The translations under genes and the position numbers were made by a program. Positions 1 through 11,467 of a DNA stretch of 64,000 bases are shown in pieces. This DNA comes from an uncultured cyanobacterium (GTDB taxonomy: Bacteria; Cyanobacteriota; Cyanobacteriia; Cyanobacteriales; CAWCAG01): assembly GCA_963793425.1 (NCBI GenBank), contig CAWCAG010000009.1:128001-192000 (forward strand). Reading direction: 5' to 3'. The notes beneath the pieces were generated by a model that saw nothing but the letters and a program-made list of their open reading frames with translations, did no database searches and was not told where the DNA came from. The first letter of the stretch is position 1. Each line of letters starts with the position of its first letter.

Positions 1-1095
1 CCGACAGTGGCCTTTTTTGGTCAAAAAGATGCTCAACAACTGGCGATTATTAAACGCTTAGTTAAAGATTTAAACTTATCTGTAGAAATTAAAAGCTGTC
101 CTATTATCCGGGAAGAATCAGGACTAGCTTATAGTTCTCGCAATACTTATTTAACTCCTACTCAGCAGCAAAAAGCTGCTATTTTGTACCGTAGTTTAGA
201 GAAGGCTCAACAAGCTTTTCTACAAGGAGAAAATAGTCGAGATCAATTGCTTTCTTTAGTGACAGAACAAATCAATTCTGTACCTGAAGTAGCCATAGAG
301 TATGTAGAATTAGTTGATCCCATTACTTTAGAGACTTTAGGAAAGATAGTTGAAACAGGTTTACTAGCTATTGCTGCCAAGGTTGGTAATACTCGTTTAA
401 TTGATAATATTCAACTACGCCAACCCCAGCCAGTAATCGCCATTGATGGCCCTGCGGGGGCAGGAAAATCAACGGTTGCTCGTTTAGTAGCTAATAAATT
501 AGGTTTCCTCTTCCTTGATACCGGAGCAATGTATAGAGCAGTAACTTGGTCTGTTTTACAAAGGGGGATCGATGTTAATGATGAAGTTGGAATCGCAGAA
601 TTAGTTAGTCAATCTGTCATCAAGCTTACTCCTGCCGATAGACCCGAAGATCCCATCAAGGTAGAAATTGATAGCCAGGATGTTACTCATTCAATTCGCC
701 AGCCTCATATCACAGCAAATGTCTCTACCATCGCTGCTCAACCTGCTGTACGCCAGGAATTGCTTAAGCAACAACAAGAATGGGGAAAACAGGGCAGGAT
801 CGTTGCTGAAGGAAGAGATATTGGCACTCATGTTTTTCCAAATGCAGAACTAAAAATTTTCCTCACCGCTTCAGTACGCCAAAGGGCGCTACGCCGCCAA
901 CAAGATTTACAGAACCAAGGACAAACCAATGTTAGCTTAGAAGAACTAGAGCAAGCTATTCAGAAGCGGGATCATCAAGATGCTAACCGTCGAGTTGCTC
1001 CTTTGCGTAAAGCCCCTGGGGCGGTTGAAATCAACACCGATAATTTGAGCATCAGAGAAGTCACCCAAAGCATTATCTCCTTAACTAAATATTAG
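1..1095 (+). CDS. panC/cmk: Bifunctional pantoate--beta-alanine ligase / cytidylate kinase, 5' end outside window
   Basis: PanC motifs FFGQKDAQQ, GLAYSSRN and TRLIDN are fused to Cmk motifs IAIDGPAGAGKST, DTGAMYRA and EGRDIGT. The fusion is typical of cyanobacteria, and the frame is open to the window edge. Confidence 0.95.
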   Translation, partial: PTVAFFGQKDAQQLAIIKRLVKDLNLSVEIKSCPIIREESGLAYSSRNTYLTPTQQQKAAILYRSLEKAQQAFLQGENSRDQLLSLVTEQINSVPEVAIEYVELVDPITLETLGKIVETGLLAIAAKVGNTRLIDNIQLRQPQPVIAIDGPAGAGKSTVARLVANKLGFLFLDTGAMYRAVTWSVLQRGIDVNDEVGIAELVSQSVIKLTPADRPEDPIKVEIDSQDVTHSIRQPHITANVSTIAAQPAVRQELLKQQQEWGKQGRIVAEGRDIGTHVFPNAELKIFLTASVRQRALRRQQDLQNQGQTNVSLEELEQAIQKRDHQDANRRVAPLRKAPGAVEINTDNLSIREVTQSIISLTKY

Positions 1096-1402
1096 AAAAA
1101 TAAAAATATTTGTCCCTTCCCTTTGACAGAGGAGAAACTTGAGTTAGAATTAAACTCGAAACAGCATTTTTGACGATTTTCAGGGCAAATTTATACGTTT
1201 GCCAGAAAAATCCGTTTTTTTCCGGATTTTCTTTTATCTTGGTGCTAATGTGCAATGACATCTTCGGCTTAGAAGGGTACATCTTAAGCTTATTGAAGTA
1301 GGTTATGAATTATTGATGGTTGGTTATCGCAATATGTGAGCAGCAAACATCTACCGCGTAATTTACTACCCTAGAACTGATGAGGAGTGAAAGGAAGTTT
1401 CA

Positions 1403-2356
1403 GTGGTAAGAGTGAATTCAAGGGTTATTAGACGCAGAAAGAAATTTCTCACTATTTTGGCAGTTAGTAGTTTTGCTTTAGGTATTTTTATTCCCCTCCA
1501 GCGGGCTACTCATCAAGGTGAAAGCACAGGCAGTATTTTTACTTCTTTAACTAATATTTTTAGTTCTCGTGAAGCTAAACCTAAAAATGTAGCAGCCCCA
1601 TCAAATCAGCTTTTTGGAGAAATGGCTGAAGGTCTTTATAGTAAACAGGAAGCAGAATATATAAAAAATATTACCTTTACAATTCCTGAGAGATTTAAAG
1701 GTAAAACCATCAACGATGTTCCTGTTCCCCAAGAGCGAAAAGTTGTCGCTTTAACCTTTGATGATGGCCCTTGGGAAGAAACAACCAATGATACTCTTTT
1801 TATTTTAGACAAATATGGTATTAAGGCGACTTTCTTTGTAGTAGGGCAGTACATACAAGCCTATCCAGAAATAATCAAGAAAGTTGTTCGCCATGGCCAT
1901 GCCCTTGGTAATCATACTTGGAGTCATGGTTATCATGGTTTCAGCGAAGCAGCTGCAGCAAAGGAATTAGATAACACTGCTGCTGCAATTGAAAAGTTAA
2001 CTGGTGCAAAAACCTCTCTATTCCGTCCCCCAGGAGGAATTTTAACGAATGGATTAGTGTCCTATGCCCACAAAAAGGGTTATGTTAATGTGATGTGGTC
2101 AGCAGATTCCCATGACTATCGTTCATCTAGCGCTGTAATTACTAAAAAGGTTCTTAGCCAAACTAAGCCTGGTGGGGTGATCTTACTCCATGACGGTGGA
2201 GGGAATCGCCAAAATACAGTCAATGCTTTGCCAAAAATTATTGAGTCACTGATAGAGCAGGGTTACAGTTTTGTGACTCTTCCAGAATTATTGGAAATAT
2301 CAGATCAAGCAAGTAAAGAGGCTGAAAAGCCTAAGCCAAAAGCTGTACAGCAATAG
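1403..2356 (+). CDS. Polysaccharide deacetylase (NodB/CE4 family) with N-terminal membrane anchor
   Basis: Motifs LTFDDGP, NHTWSH, FRPPGG and ILLHDGGG; basic then hydrophobic N-terminus. Confidence 0.93.
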   Translation: MVRVNSRVIRRRKKFLTILAVSSFALGIFIPLQRATHQGESTGSIFTSLTNIFSSREAKPKNVAAPSNQLFGEMAEGLYSKQEAEYIKNITFTIPERFKGKTINDVPVPQERKVVALTFDDGPWEETTNDTLFILDKYGIKATFFVVGQYIQAYPEIIKKVVRHGHALGNHTWSHGYHGFSEAAAAKELDNTAAAIEKLTGAKTSLFRPPGGILTNGLVSYAHKKGYVNVMWSADSHDYRSSSAVITKKVLSQTKPGGVILLHDGGGNRQNTVNALPKIIESLIEQGYSFVTLPELLEISDQASKEAEKPKPKAVQQ

Positions 2357-2384
2357 TACAAAATTATCTCACATAAGTGATTAG

Positions 2385-2414
2385 TGTAGAGACAGACTAG
2401 ATGATATCTCTACA
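2385..2414. terminator. Inverted repeat between convergent genes (GTAGAGAC-type REP-like hairpin / bidirectional terminator)
   Basis: TGTAGAGA...TCTCTACA followed by a T run; related hairpin at 48897-48921. Confidence 0.55.
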
Positions 2415-2426
2415 TTTTTTAGGAAA

Positions 2427-3290
2427 TTAGCTTAAAAACTCTCTCACTTTATGGAGATAAGTTTCCCTATCTTCTAACATGGGAAAGTGAGCAGTAGCTG
2501 GAATTTCAAAATATTCTATATTCTCACTCAAAGCTGCTGCTTGCCTTCCCATAGCTGCTGGAATAATAATATCCTTTTCCCCAGCCACCAACAAAGTGGG
2601 AACTTGGAGTTGGGAAAATTCCTGGGGCATCACTTCCACAGCTTTTTTGCACACAGAAGTATAAATAGTGTTCAGGGCCGCAGCATAATCAGCCAGTAAA
2701 AAATCTTCTAAAAAGGCTTGACTTATTTTTTTAGGTAAAGAACGGTGTAAAAACCTCGCCATAAAAAGCTTATCTGCCCAAGGAAATTTCAAGAACCAAT
2801 TGTAGCGAAATTTGACCACATAACCGCCAAACTTATGAAAGGCACTAAAAGCTTTTTCGTTATATTCAAAAATACCACTACAGGTAAGAATTGCTTTTTT
2901 AACCCGGTTAGGATAGCGGTTAAGAAATACCGTTGCTATAGATGCTCCCATAGAATGAGCATTGAGATAAACTTCCTTTAAGCCCAAAGCATCTAACAAG
3001 ACTGCTAAATCATCAGCATAGTCTTCCATATCGTAATGTAGTTGGCTGGAATTGGAGTCTAATGCCCCTTGAGGAAGCCTGCTACGCCCAAACCCTCGCA
3101 AATCGTATAACAGACAGTCAAATTGGTCTGCTAGGGCTTCAGCGGTATCCTGCCAATAACGGGCTGAACCTCCCCAACCATGGATAAAGATCATAACTGG
3201 CTTCTGCTTGCCAGTTTTTGGTTGCTTAATCCATTCGTAGTAGTGTTCGACACCCCGAACATTAATGGTTTTTCTTTGCTCTATAATCAT
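2427..3290 (-). CDS. Alpha/beta fold hydrolase
   Basis: HGWGGS, DLRGFGRS, nucleophile elbow AHSMG, GEKD and AHFPMLE. Confidence 0.92.
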   Translation of the reverse strand: MIIEQRKTINVRGVEHYYEWIKQPKTGKQKPVMIFIHGWGGSARYWQDTAEALADQFDCLLYDLRGFGRSRLPQGALDSNSSQLHYDMEDYADDLAVLLDALGLKEVYLNAHSMGASIATVFLNRYPNRVKKAILTCSGIFEYNEKAFSAFHKFGGYVVKFRYNWFLKFPWADKLFMARFLHRSLPKKISQAFLEDFLLADYAAALNTIYTSVCKKAVEVMPQEFSQLQVPTLLVAGEKDIIIPAAMGRQAAALSENIEYFEIPATAHFPMLEDRETYLHKVREFLS

Positions 3291-3303
3291 TGCCAGTTAA
3301 ATA

Positions 3304-4644
3304 TTAAGCTGACTCCGGCCTGGCTAGGGAAGATGGATGGATGAGTAGTTCGGCGGTGGAACGTTTTTCTACCATCTCTTTGGTGATTAGGCAACGGCGT
3401 ACATCTTTACGGGAAGGTAACTCGTACATAACTTCCAGCATTAATTCTTCTACAATTCCCCGCAAAGCCCTAGCCCCAGTTTTACGGCGATAAGCTTCTT
3501 GGGCAATCGCCCTTACCGCATCTGGTTTGAATTCTAGTTGTACGTTGTCCATCTTCAACAGCTTTTTATACTGCTTAACCAAAGCATTACGGGGTTCTGT
3601 TAAGATAGCCATTAAAGCTTCTTCATCAAGGGGTTCAAGAACTGCGGCTACTGGTATACGCCCAACAAATTCAGGAATCATGCCAAACTTAACCAGGTCA
3701 TCCGGTTCTAACTCTTTAACCATATCTGCTACTCGTTTTTCCCTCGGCTGACTATCCCCTGGATTAACAAATCCCATTGACTTTTTGCCCACTCTCTGCT
3801 CTACCACTTTATCTAAACCAACAAAAGCTCCACCGCAAATAAACATGATGTTACTAGTATCGATCTGGATACAGTCTTGGTAAGGATGCTTTCTGCCACC
3901 TTGGGGAGGTACATTAGCAATCGTACCTTCGAGCATTTTCAAAAGGGCTTGTTGTACCCCTTCCCCAGAAACGTCCCTGGTGATGGAAGTGTTTTCGCTT
4001 TTGCGGGCAATTTTATCAATTTCGTCAATGTAAATGATGCCCCTTTGAGCTTCTTCTACATCTAAATCAGCTACTTGCAGCAGGCGTAAGAGAATATTTT
4101 CTACATCTTCTCCTACGTAACCTGCTTCTGTTAAGGTGGTAGCATCTGCCACCGCAAAGGGAACATCCAGGAATTTAGCTAAGGTTTGAGCTAATAAGGT
4201 TTTACCGCTACCCGTAGGGCCAATTAACAAAATATTCGACTTTTGCAATTCTACTGGCTCCTCAGTCCCTGTGTTACCATCTTTAGATTGAGCAAAACTC
4301 AGTCGTTTGTAATGATTGTAAACAGCAACAGAAAGCACCTTCTTGGCTTCGATTTGGCCAATAACGTGTTCGTCTAAATAGTTTTTTAGTTCCCTTGGCT
4401 TGGGAATTTGGTTCAGATTCAGGCGTTCTGATTGGGCGCGGCGCTTGGGTTGAGGTTCTTCTGGTCGATTTACAGGTTGAGGAGTAGAAGCAACAGAATC
4501 TAACAACTCCTCATCTAAAATTTCGTTACACAGCTCAACACATTCATCACAAATATAAACCCCAGGCCCAGCAATTAACTTGCGTACTTGCTCCTGGGAT
4601 TTGCCGCAAAAAGAACATTTTAGATGAGAGTCGTACTTAGACAT
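3304..4644 (-). CDS. clpX: ATP-dependent Clp protease ATP-binding subunit
   Basis: Zinc finger CSFC..CDEC, Walker [25 protein letters not shown] and GARALR. Confidence 0.98.
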   Translation of the reverse strand: MSKYDSHLKCSFCGKSQEQVRKLIAGPGVYICDECVELCNEILDEELLDSVASTPQPVNRPEEPQPKRRAQSERLNLNQIPKPRELKNYLDEHVIGQIEAKKVLSVAVYNHYKRLSFAQSKDGNTGTEEPVELQKSNILLIGPTGSGKTLLAQTLAKFLDVPFAVADATTLTEAGYVGEDVENILLRLLQVADLDVEEAQRGIIYIDEIDKIARKSENTSITRDVSGEGVQQALLKMLEGTIANVPPQGGRKHPYQDCIQIDTSNIMFICGGAFVGLDKVVEQRVGKKSMGFVNPGDSQPREKRVADMVKELEPDDLVKFGMIPEFVGRIPVAAVLEPLDEEALMAILTEPRNALVKQYKKLLKMDNVQLEFKPDAVRAIAQEAYRRKTGARALRGIVEELMLEVMYELPSRKDVRRCLITKEMVEKRSTAELLIHPSSLARPESA

Positions 4645-4659
4645 GAGATGCCTCTTAAC

Positions 4660-5343
4660 TTAAATAGGAGTAACGGTAGCTTCTGGTTTTGCTAGTTCTT
4701 GCTTGGAAATAACTTGGTCAATCAGACCGTATTCTTTAGCCTCTTGAGAAGACATAAAAAAGTCTCGCTCTGTATCAGCAGCAATTTTCTCTAGAGGTTG
4801 ATTTGTATGATTAGCAAGCAACTCGTTTAGCTCTTTTTTAACAAAAAGAATTTCTTTGGCTTGGATTTCAATATCAACAGCTTGTCCTTGAGCGCCTCCG
4901 AGGGGCTGGTGAATCATAATCCGAGCATTGGGTAGAGCCATGCGCTTGCCTTTGGTTCCTCCGGAGAGTAAAAATGCTCCCATACTAGCAGCTAAACCAA
5001 AGCATATGGTAGCAACATCAGGGCGAATTTGCTGCATAGTGTCATAAATCGCCATACCAGCATAGACTGAGCCGCCGGGAGAGTTGACATAGATTTGAAT
5101 ATCTTTATCAGGATCTTCGGCATCCAGGAATAGCAGTTGGGCAACAATTGAGTCTGCTACAGAGTCATCTATGGTGCTACCTAAGAAAATAATACGTTCT
5201 CTAAGTAATCGCGAGTAAATATCAAAGGCTCGTTCTCCCATTCCCGATTGTTCTACAACCATCGGGACAACACCAGTCGTAGAGTATATTTCTGGGGAAC
5301 GATGAGCGATGATTGGATAATTAGTGAGGCACGATTGAATCAT
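4660..5343 (-). CDS. clpP: ATP-dependent Clp protease proteolytic subunit (ATG at 5343 preferred over track start 5364)
   Basis: [31 protein letters not shown] and IMIHQP; lies between tig and clpX. Confidence 0.96.
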   Translation of the reverse strand: MIQSCLTNYPIIAHRSPEIYSTTGVVPMVVEQSGMGERAFDIYSRLLRERIIFLGSTIDDSVADSIVAQLLFLDAEDPDKDIQIYVNSPGGSVYAGMAIYDTMQQIRPDVATICFGLAASMGAFLLSGGTKGKRMALPNARIMIHQPLGGAQGQAVDIEIQAKEILFVKKELNELLANHTNQPLEKIAADTERDFFMSSQEAKEYGLIDQVISKQELAKPEATVTPI

Positions 5344-5489
5344 AGAAATAAAAATTTTTGGCAAAGCATAGGTTATAAGTGCAGCTAAAGTATATTTTAA
5401 AACCCTAATCGCACTAGCTAAAATTCTCTCCTCTTGGGATCATTATGCCTCAATTTTTCATTAGTGGGGTTGCTTAGATGGTTATGGAG

Positions 5490-5552
5490 GTAGGGGCAAC
5501 CAACCTTTAAAGTCTTTAAAATTGACCTGTGGTACTTCTTAAAGTTGCCCTA
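5490..5552. repeat. GTAG-type REP-like inverted repeat between tig and clpP
   Basis: GTAGGGGCAAC...GTTGCCCTA. Confidence 0.4.
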
Positions 5553-5562
5553 AGCTTGTTTG

Positions 5563-6984
5563 TCAAACTTCTTCTGCGGCAACCTCCACAGTAGCCGTAG
5601 CAGCCTCAACATCTTGCTGTTGCTCTGTTTCTGTTGGTGTTTCCTCTGTCTTTTCTTCTGTCAGAGAACCTTGAGGAAGCAATTCAACTTCTGATTGTTC
5701 GGTTAACCACTCCAGAGTTTTTTCTTTGATTAAATCTTCTTCCACTACCTGGCGCAAGCGCTCTTTGTCAAAGTCGCGATCGCCTAATTCTGCGATTACT
5801 TCTTGGATTCTTTTTTCAATCTCTGTTGCTTCTGGCTGAAGAGATTCCCGTTTGCCTACTTCTAATAGAGCTAAAGAGCGGGTTAGATTTTCAATGGCTT
5901 CAGGACGGGTGCGCTCTTTCATTTGAGCAACATTTTCCGGAGTAAACATTGTTTGGATATCCATGCCATATTGCTGCATTTGCATAGCTGTTTGGGTAAG
6001 CATGGTTTCTACTTCTTTGTCGATCATCGTTTTTGGCAAGTTTGCTTTTGCTTGCTTAAGCATTTCGGCTACCAAAGCCGCTTCAATGCTCGATTTCGTG
6101 GCTTCTTCAGCTTCCTCTTTATATCGAGCTTCTAAAGATTCCCTTAACTCTGCTATGGTTTCAAATTCGCTAATATCTTCAGCAAATTCATCATCTATTT
6201 CTGGTAACTCCTTTTCTTTGAGTTCTTTGAGGGTAACCCTAAAGTTGGCTGAAGCCCCAGCTAAATCATCTCTAGGATAGTCTTCAGGAAAAGTCACGGG
6301 AATTTCTTTAGTTTCCTCTGGATTCATCCCGATGATTCCAGCAACAATATCTTTAATAAATTTGCCTTCTTCTAGCTCTAGCTCAAAATCCTGGGCTTCT
6401 GCCCCAGAAATGTCTTCCCCTTCTTGCCCTTCTTCAGTCGCGACAAAACTACCTTTATAATCTACGATCGCCACATCCCCTTCTTGGGCTACTCTCCCTT
6501 CTACAGGAATCAAAGTTGCTTGTTCGCTCCGGCGCTCTTCTAAAAACTGCTCTATTTGTTGGGGATCATAGGTTGTTTCTTCTGCTTTAATTTGCCAACC
6601 TTTATATTCTCCTAATTCCACTTCAGGAGATACATCTACGGAGCCAGAGAAGAGCAGAGGTTCTCCTGGCTGATATTTACCAATCAACTCCTCAAAAGAA
6701 GAACGAAGTTGGTAATTGCCTAGAGCATCTATTGATTCACTTTCTACTGCTTCTTTAAAAGAATCCTGAATCAAATCTTCTAAAGCAGCAGCTCTAATTC
6801 TCTGGGGGCCAAGTTGCTGGAGAAGAATCTTCCTAGGAACTTTCCCTGTGCGGAACCCAGGAATCCTCGCAGTGCGAGATAGCTGTTTTACTACCTTCTC
6901 ATAAGCTTTTTTCGTAGCTTCAGGGGGAATCTCTATTTCCAAGCCAATCTGACTATCGGGAAGCTTTTCCTGGGTTATTTTCAT
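5563..6984 (-). CDS. tig: Trigger factor
   Basis: Ribosome-binding IPGFRTGKVP, FKBP-like central domain, tig-clpP-clpX order. Confidence 0.96.
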   Translation of the reverse strand: MKITQEKLPDSQIGLEIEIPPEATKKAYEKVVKQLSRTARIPGFRTGKVPRKILLQQLGPQRIRAAALEDLIQDSFKEAVESESIDALGNYQLRSSFEELIGKYQPGEPLLFSGSVDVSPEVELGEYKGWQIKAEETTYDPQQIEQFLEERRSEQATLIPVEGRVAQEGDVAIVDYKGSFVATEEGQEGEDISGAEAQDFELELEEGKFIKDIVAGIIGMNPEETKEIPVTFPEDYPRDDLAGASANFRVTLKELKEKELPEIDDEFAEDISEFETIAELRESLEARYKEEAEEATKSSIEAALVAEMLKQAKANLPKTMIDKEVETMLTQTAMQMQQYGMDIQTMFTPENVAQMKERTRPEAIENLTRSLALLEVGKRESLQPEATEIEKRIQEVIAELGDRDFDKERLRQVVEEDLIKEKTLEWLTEQSEVELLPQGSLTEEKTEETPTETEQQQDVEAATATVEVAAEEV

Positions 6985-7396
6985 CGACGCTCTTATTTAT
7001 TTGATTTTTATGAACAACTAGTTAACTTGAGTTGGGCCTATGGCATATAGTCCTACACCAGCCCTGGTGATATTTTAAGAATTTACAACCTAATTTTCGC
7101 TCCAAGGGAGCAGATTTAGGTGCTATTAGCAATTTTTTGATGTTAACCTATTTGATGATAGTACATTGCTGGTTTCTAACCACCTAAAATCAGTAACTAA
7201 ATTTTTTACCTATTCTTGCTAAGCTAGATAGATAAACGTAATAGCTCCTAAATAGTTTATATAAATTATTCAGTCAGGTTACAATAAGGAACTGCTATTT
7301 ATAACTTAAGATAGAGCAAATTTATTCAGCTTAACTGTTACTAAAGAAAATTCTTATAAATAAAAGAAAATTTAATGAACAACGGAGGAAATCAAT

Positions 7397-8440
7397 TTGT
7401 CTGGTTCAATTAGCGTTGCTATCCTCGGAGCTACAGGAGCAGTAGGCGCTGAGCTAATCCAACTTTTAGAAAGTCGTAGCTTTCCTGTTGCCCATTTAAA
7501 GCTCTTAGCCTCTTCCCGTTCTGCCGGCCGTACCCTCAGTTTTAAAGGTGAAGGTATATCCGTAGAAGCGGTGAAGGAAGATTCTTTTGTTGATGTAGAT
7601 TTAGTGCTGGCATCGGCAGGAGGCTCCATATCCAAAACTTGGGCTAGTAAGGCAGTAGAATCTGGAGCAGTAGTCATTGATAACTCCAGCGCTTTTCGCT
7701 TGGATGCTGATGTTCCTTTAGTAGTCCCAGAAGTTAATCCTGAAGCAGCAGCAAAGCACCAAGGGATCATCGCCAACCCCAACTGCACAACAATTTTGAT
7801 GGCAGTAGCAACCTGGCCCCTCCACAAAGTTCAACCAATCAAAAGGATTATTGCCGCTACCTATCAATCAGCTAGTGGGGCTGGGGCGAGGGCAATGGAG
7901 GAAGTGAAAAAGCAGGCCCAGGCTATTTTAAACGGCGAAACCCCAGAAACCGATGCTTTTCCTTATCCTCTGGCATTCAATCTTTTTCCCCACAATAGCC
8001 CCCTCAATAATCAAGGCTATTGCGAAGAAGAAATGAAAATGGTCAACGAGACAAGGAAAATTTTTAACCAGCCAGATTTGCGGGTTAGTGCTACTTGTGT
8101 TCGTGTTCCTGTCCTGCGGGCCCATTCTGAGGCGATTAACCTAGAGTTCGAGGAGTCTTTTCCTGTAACCAAAGCGAGGGAAATAATTAGGGATGCCCCA
8201 GGGGTAAAACTATTAGGAGATTGGCAGAAAAATTATTTTCCTATGCCTATTGATGCCACAGGACGAGATGAAGTATTAGTAGGAAGAATTCGCCAAGATT
8301 TGTCCCATCCTTGTGGTCTAGAGTTATGGTTAAGCGGAGATCAAATTCGTAAAGGCGCGGCCTTAAATGCCATCCAAATTGCTGAGTTATTAGTAGAGAA
8401 AAATCTCCTCAGAAATAAAGTTACTGCGACTACTGTTTAA
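7397..8440 (+). CDS. asd: Aspartate-semialdehyde dehydrogenase
   Basis: GATGAVG, IIANPNCTT, TYQSASGAG, TCVRVPV and RKGAALNA; TTG start with GGAGG upstream. Confidence 0.97.
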   Translation: MSGSISVAILGATGAVGAELIQLLESRSFPVAHLKLLASSRSAGRTLSFKGEGISVEAVKEDSFVDVDLVLASAGGSISKTWASKAVESGAVVIDNSSAFRLDADVPLVVPEVNPEAAAKHQGIIANPNCTTILMAVATWPLHKVQPIKRIIAATYQSASGAGARAMEEVKKQAQAILNGETPETDAFPYPLAFNLFPHNSPLNNQGYCEEEMKMVNETRKIFNQPDLRVSATCVRVPVLRAHSEAINLEFEESFPVTKAREIIRDAPGVKLLGDWQKNYFPMPIDATGRDEVLVGRIRQDLSHPCGLELWLSGDQIRKGAALNAIQIAELLVEKNLLRNKVTATTV

Positions 8441-8485
8441 ATACTAAGAAGAAGTAAATAAACTGAAATTGGAGAAAATACAAGT

Positions 8486-9370
8486 GTGGTAAATTTGGGA
8501 CGAGTCATTACAGCAATGGCGACACCGTTTAAGGAAGATGGTAGTATCAACTATCCTGTAGCCGAAAAGTTAGCTGATTATTTGGTAGCGAATGGAAGCG
8601 ATGGTATTGTGGTTTGTGGAACCACAGGGGAATCGCCAACCTTAACTAAAGAAGAAAAATATGAATTGTTTCAAGTAATTAAAAACGCCGTAGCCAATAG
8701 AGGGAGAGTGATTGCGGGAACAGGTTCTTATTCAACCCAAGAAGCCATCACCATTACTCAAAAAGCTGCTAAACTAGGAATGGATGGCTCACTGCAAGTA
8801 GTCCCTTACTATAACAAGCCTCCCCAAGTAGGACTATACGAGCATTTTGTCGCGATCGCCCAGGCTTGTAGCGATTTGCCCATAATGCTCTACAATGTAC
8901 CAGGTCGTACTGGTAAAAATCTGCAAACAGAAACTGTTACCAAACTTGCCGAAGTTGATAATATCGTTGCTATCAAAGAAGCTAGCGGTAGTCTTGACCA
9001 AATTAGCGATATTAGGCGCTCTACACCTTCATCTTTTGCCATTTATTCCGGGGAAGATAGTTTAACTTTACCCGCCCTTGCCGTAGGCGCTATGGGAGTT
9101 GTTAGCGTAGCCTCTCACTTAGTAGCACTTCAAATACAAGAAATGATTCAAGCTTTTGAAGTTGGTAAAACAAATGTTGCCCGCGATATTCATTTAAAAC
9201 TGTCTCCTTTGTTTAAAGCTCTTTTTTTAACAACTAACCCAATTCCTGTTAAAGGGGCTTTAAACCTCCAAGGTTGGAATGTCGGCTCTTGTCGCTTACC
9301 TCTGTGCGAAATTTCTCCGGAACTAAAAGTGGAATTAGAGATAGTATTAAAGGAGCTTTCTTTGATGTAG
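8486..9370 (+). CDS. dapA: 4-hydroxy-tetrahydrodipicolinate synthase
   Basis: [29 protein letters not shown] and NPIPVK. Confidence 0.97.
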   Translation: MVNLGRVITAMATPFKEDGSINYPVAEKLADYLVANGSDGIVVCGTTGESPTLTKEEKYELFQVIKNAVANRGRVIAGTGSYSTQEAITITQKAAKLGMDGSLQVVPYYNKPPQVGLYEHFVAIAQACSDLPIMLYNVPGRTGKNLQTETVTKLAEVDNIVAIKEASGSLDQISDIRRSTPSSFAIYSGEDSLTLPALAVGAMGVVSVASHLVALQIQEMIQAFEVGKTNVARDIHLKLSPLFKALFLTTNPIPVKGALNLQGWNVGSCRLPLCEISPELKVELEIVLKELSLM

Positions 9371-9651
9371 TTTTGTGGGGCAGACAAGGTTGTTATGTCA
9401 CCAAGATTGAAAATATCCCCAGAAGAATTTCTAAACTTAGTTATTAATGAGAAATTATTAAAGATCAATAGAGTTAATAGCTATTTTAAAAGAAGTTTTC
9501 CCTCGAAAAGTATTTTCCAACTGAAGGATTTGTTTCCTAGCCAATTAGTTTCATCCCAAACAAACTAATCAGGCTTTGACTTAAGGAAACTACCAAGATT
9601 TTCTCTATTGCTCTTTCAACGAAAACCAATCAATTAACTTAAAGTAAATAC

Positions 9652-11418
9652 ATGACTAAAAACGGCTCAAAATCAAAACCAAATCTAAAAATCATTCCCT
9701 TGGGTGGATTGCATGAAATTGGTAAAAATACCTGCGTTCTTGAATACGAAGATGAAATAATTCTTTTGGATGCTGGGATTGGTTTCCCCAACGATGATAT
9801 GCACGGGATCAATATTGTCTTACCCGACATTACTTATCTTAAGGAAAACCGACACAAAATTAAAGGGATGATCGTCACTCACGGTCATGAAGACCATATT
9901 GGTGGTATTGCTTATCACCTCAAACAGTTTGATATTCCCATCATTCATGGTCCTCGCCTCGCCATGTCTTTGTTGCAGGACAAGTTAGAAGAGGCTGGAG
10001 TCGCAGACCGTACTAAGCTACATAGCGTCATGCCCAGGGAGCAGGTACGCATCGGCAAATCATTCTTAGTAGAATACATCCGCAACACCCACTCCATTGC
10101 TGATAGTTTCAGCGTCGCAATTCATACTCCTATTGGGGTTGTTATCCACACCGGAGACTTCAAAATTGACTATACTCCTGTGGATGGCGAGCATTTCGAC
10201 CTGCAAAAACTAGCAGAGTATGGAGAAAAGGGTGTGCTTTGTCTGTTGAGTGACTCGACAAACGCTGAAGTGCCGGGACATACCCCCTCAGAGCGCTCCG
10301 TTTATCCTAACTTAGACCGGGCTTTTTCCCAAGCTTCGGGACGGTTGATTGTGACCACTTTTTCTTCTTCTGTCCATCGGGTTAACATGATTTTAGAGTT
10401 GGCCCAGAAACATAACCGAGTTGTTTCTGTCTTAGGACGCTCCATGTTGAATGTAATTGCCCATGCCCGCAACCTGGGTTACATTAAATGTCCTGACAAC
10501 ATCTTTGAACCAATCCATGCGACTCGCAAGCTTCCTGACAATAAGGTGATGATTCTCACCACAGGTTCCCAAGGGGAGCCACTGGCGGCTTTAACGAGGA
10601 TTTCTAAGCAAGAACATCGCCAACTAAAAGTCCGCGAAGGAGACACCATTGTCTTATCGGCTAATCCGATTCCTGGTAACACTATTGCTGTAGTTAACAC
10701 CATTGACAGATTGATGATGCAGGGAGCAAAAGTGGTTTATGGAAAGAGTCAAGGTATCCACGTTTCCGGTCACGGCGCTCAAGAAGATCATAAACTGATG
10801 CTGGCTCTGACGAAACCAAAATTCTTTGTTCCTTTCCACGGTGAACATCGGATGCTGGTGAAGCACAGACAGTTGGCACAGAGTATGGGAATCCCAGAAG
10901 AGAATAGCTTAATTATTGACAACGGCGACATCATCAAGCTAACTCAAGATAGCATCGAAGTAGCGGGTAAAGTTACTTCTGGCATCAAACCAGTAGATCG
11001 TTCGGGAGTTGTCCACGACGCAGTGGTCAAAGAGCGACAACAGCTAGCAGAAGATGGGGTAATTACAGTAGCTGCTGCTATCAACTGGGAAGGCAAACTC
11101 ATGGCAGATCCGGAATTACACCTGCGGGGAGTCGCTACGGTTATGGAGCGATCGCTGTTAGAAAAACTCGTGGTGAGAACTATCGAAAAAACTATTGAGA
11201 ATCGCTGGAGTGACTTTACTCAAGGTTCCAGTAGTCCTGAAGAGGTTGATGTGGACTGGACAGGGTTAAGCCGAGAGATTGAAAGCAGTATGCAACGGCT
11301 AGCACGCCGGGAACTCAAAAGCCAACCTTTGGTCGTGTTCTTGCTGCAAACCCCTGAAAAACCGAAGGTGAGAACCTATCGACGCAGACGACGTTCGGCT
11401 GCAACGGTTGCTTCGTAA
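9652..11418 (+). CDS. rnj: Ribonuclease J
   Basis: PLGGLHEIGKN, THGHEDHIG, HTGDFK, TGSQGEP and HVSGH; asd-dapA-rnj synteny. Confidence 0.96.
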   Translation: MTKNGSKSKPNLKIIPLGGLHEIGKNTCVLEYEDEIILLDAGIGFPNDDMHGINIVLPDITYLKENRHKIKGMIVTHGHEDHIGGIAYHLKQFDIPIIHGPRLAMSLLQDKLEEAGVADRTKLHSVMPREQVRIGKSFLVEYIRNTHSIADSFSVAIHTPIGVVIHTGDFKIDYTPVDGEHFDLQKLAEYGEKGVLCLLSDSTNAEVPGHTPSERSVYPNLDRAFSQASGRLIVTTFSSSVHRVNMILELAQKHNRVVSVLGRSMLNVIAHARNLGYIKCPDNIFEPIHATRKLPDNKVMILTTGSQGEPLAALTRISKQEHRQLKVREGDTIVLSANPIPGNTIAVVNTIDRLMMQGAKVVYGKSQGIHVSGHGAQEDHKLMLALTKPKFFVPFHGEHRMLVKHRQLAQSMGIPEENSLIIDNGDIIKLTQDSIEVAGKVTSGIKPVDRSGVVHDAVVKERQQLAEDGVITVAAAINWEGKLMADPELHLRGVATVMERSLLEKLVVRTIEKTIENRWSDFTQGSSSPEEVDVDWTGLSREIESSMQRLARRELKSQPLVVFLLQTPEKPKVRTYRRRRRSAATVAS

Positions 11419-11467
11419 AATACGAAACATTGACTATTAACCAAAGTTGTCCATGAAAGTTACGCTA

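Noticed and set aside
7372..7827. 151-aa antisense ORF over asd, and similar shadow ORFs over clpX, tig, rnj, alaS, PP2C and the antiporter
   Set aside because: They lie opposite or out of frame to well-supported genes and show no recognisable motifs
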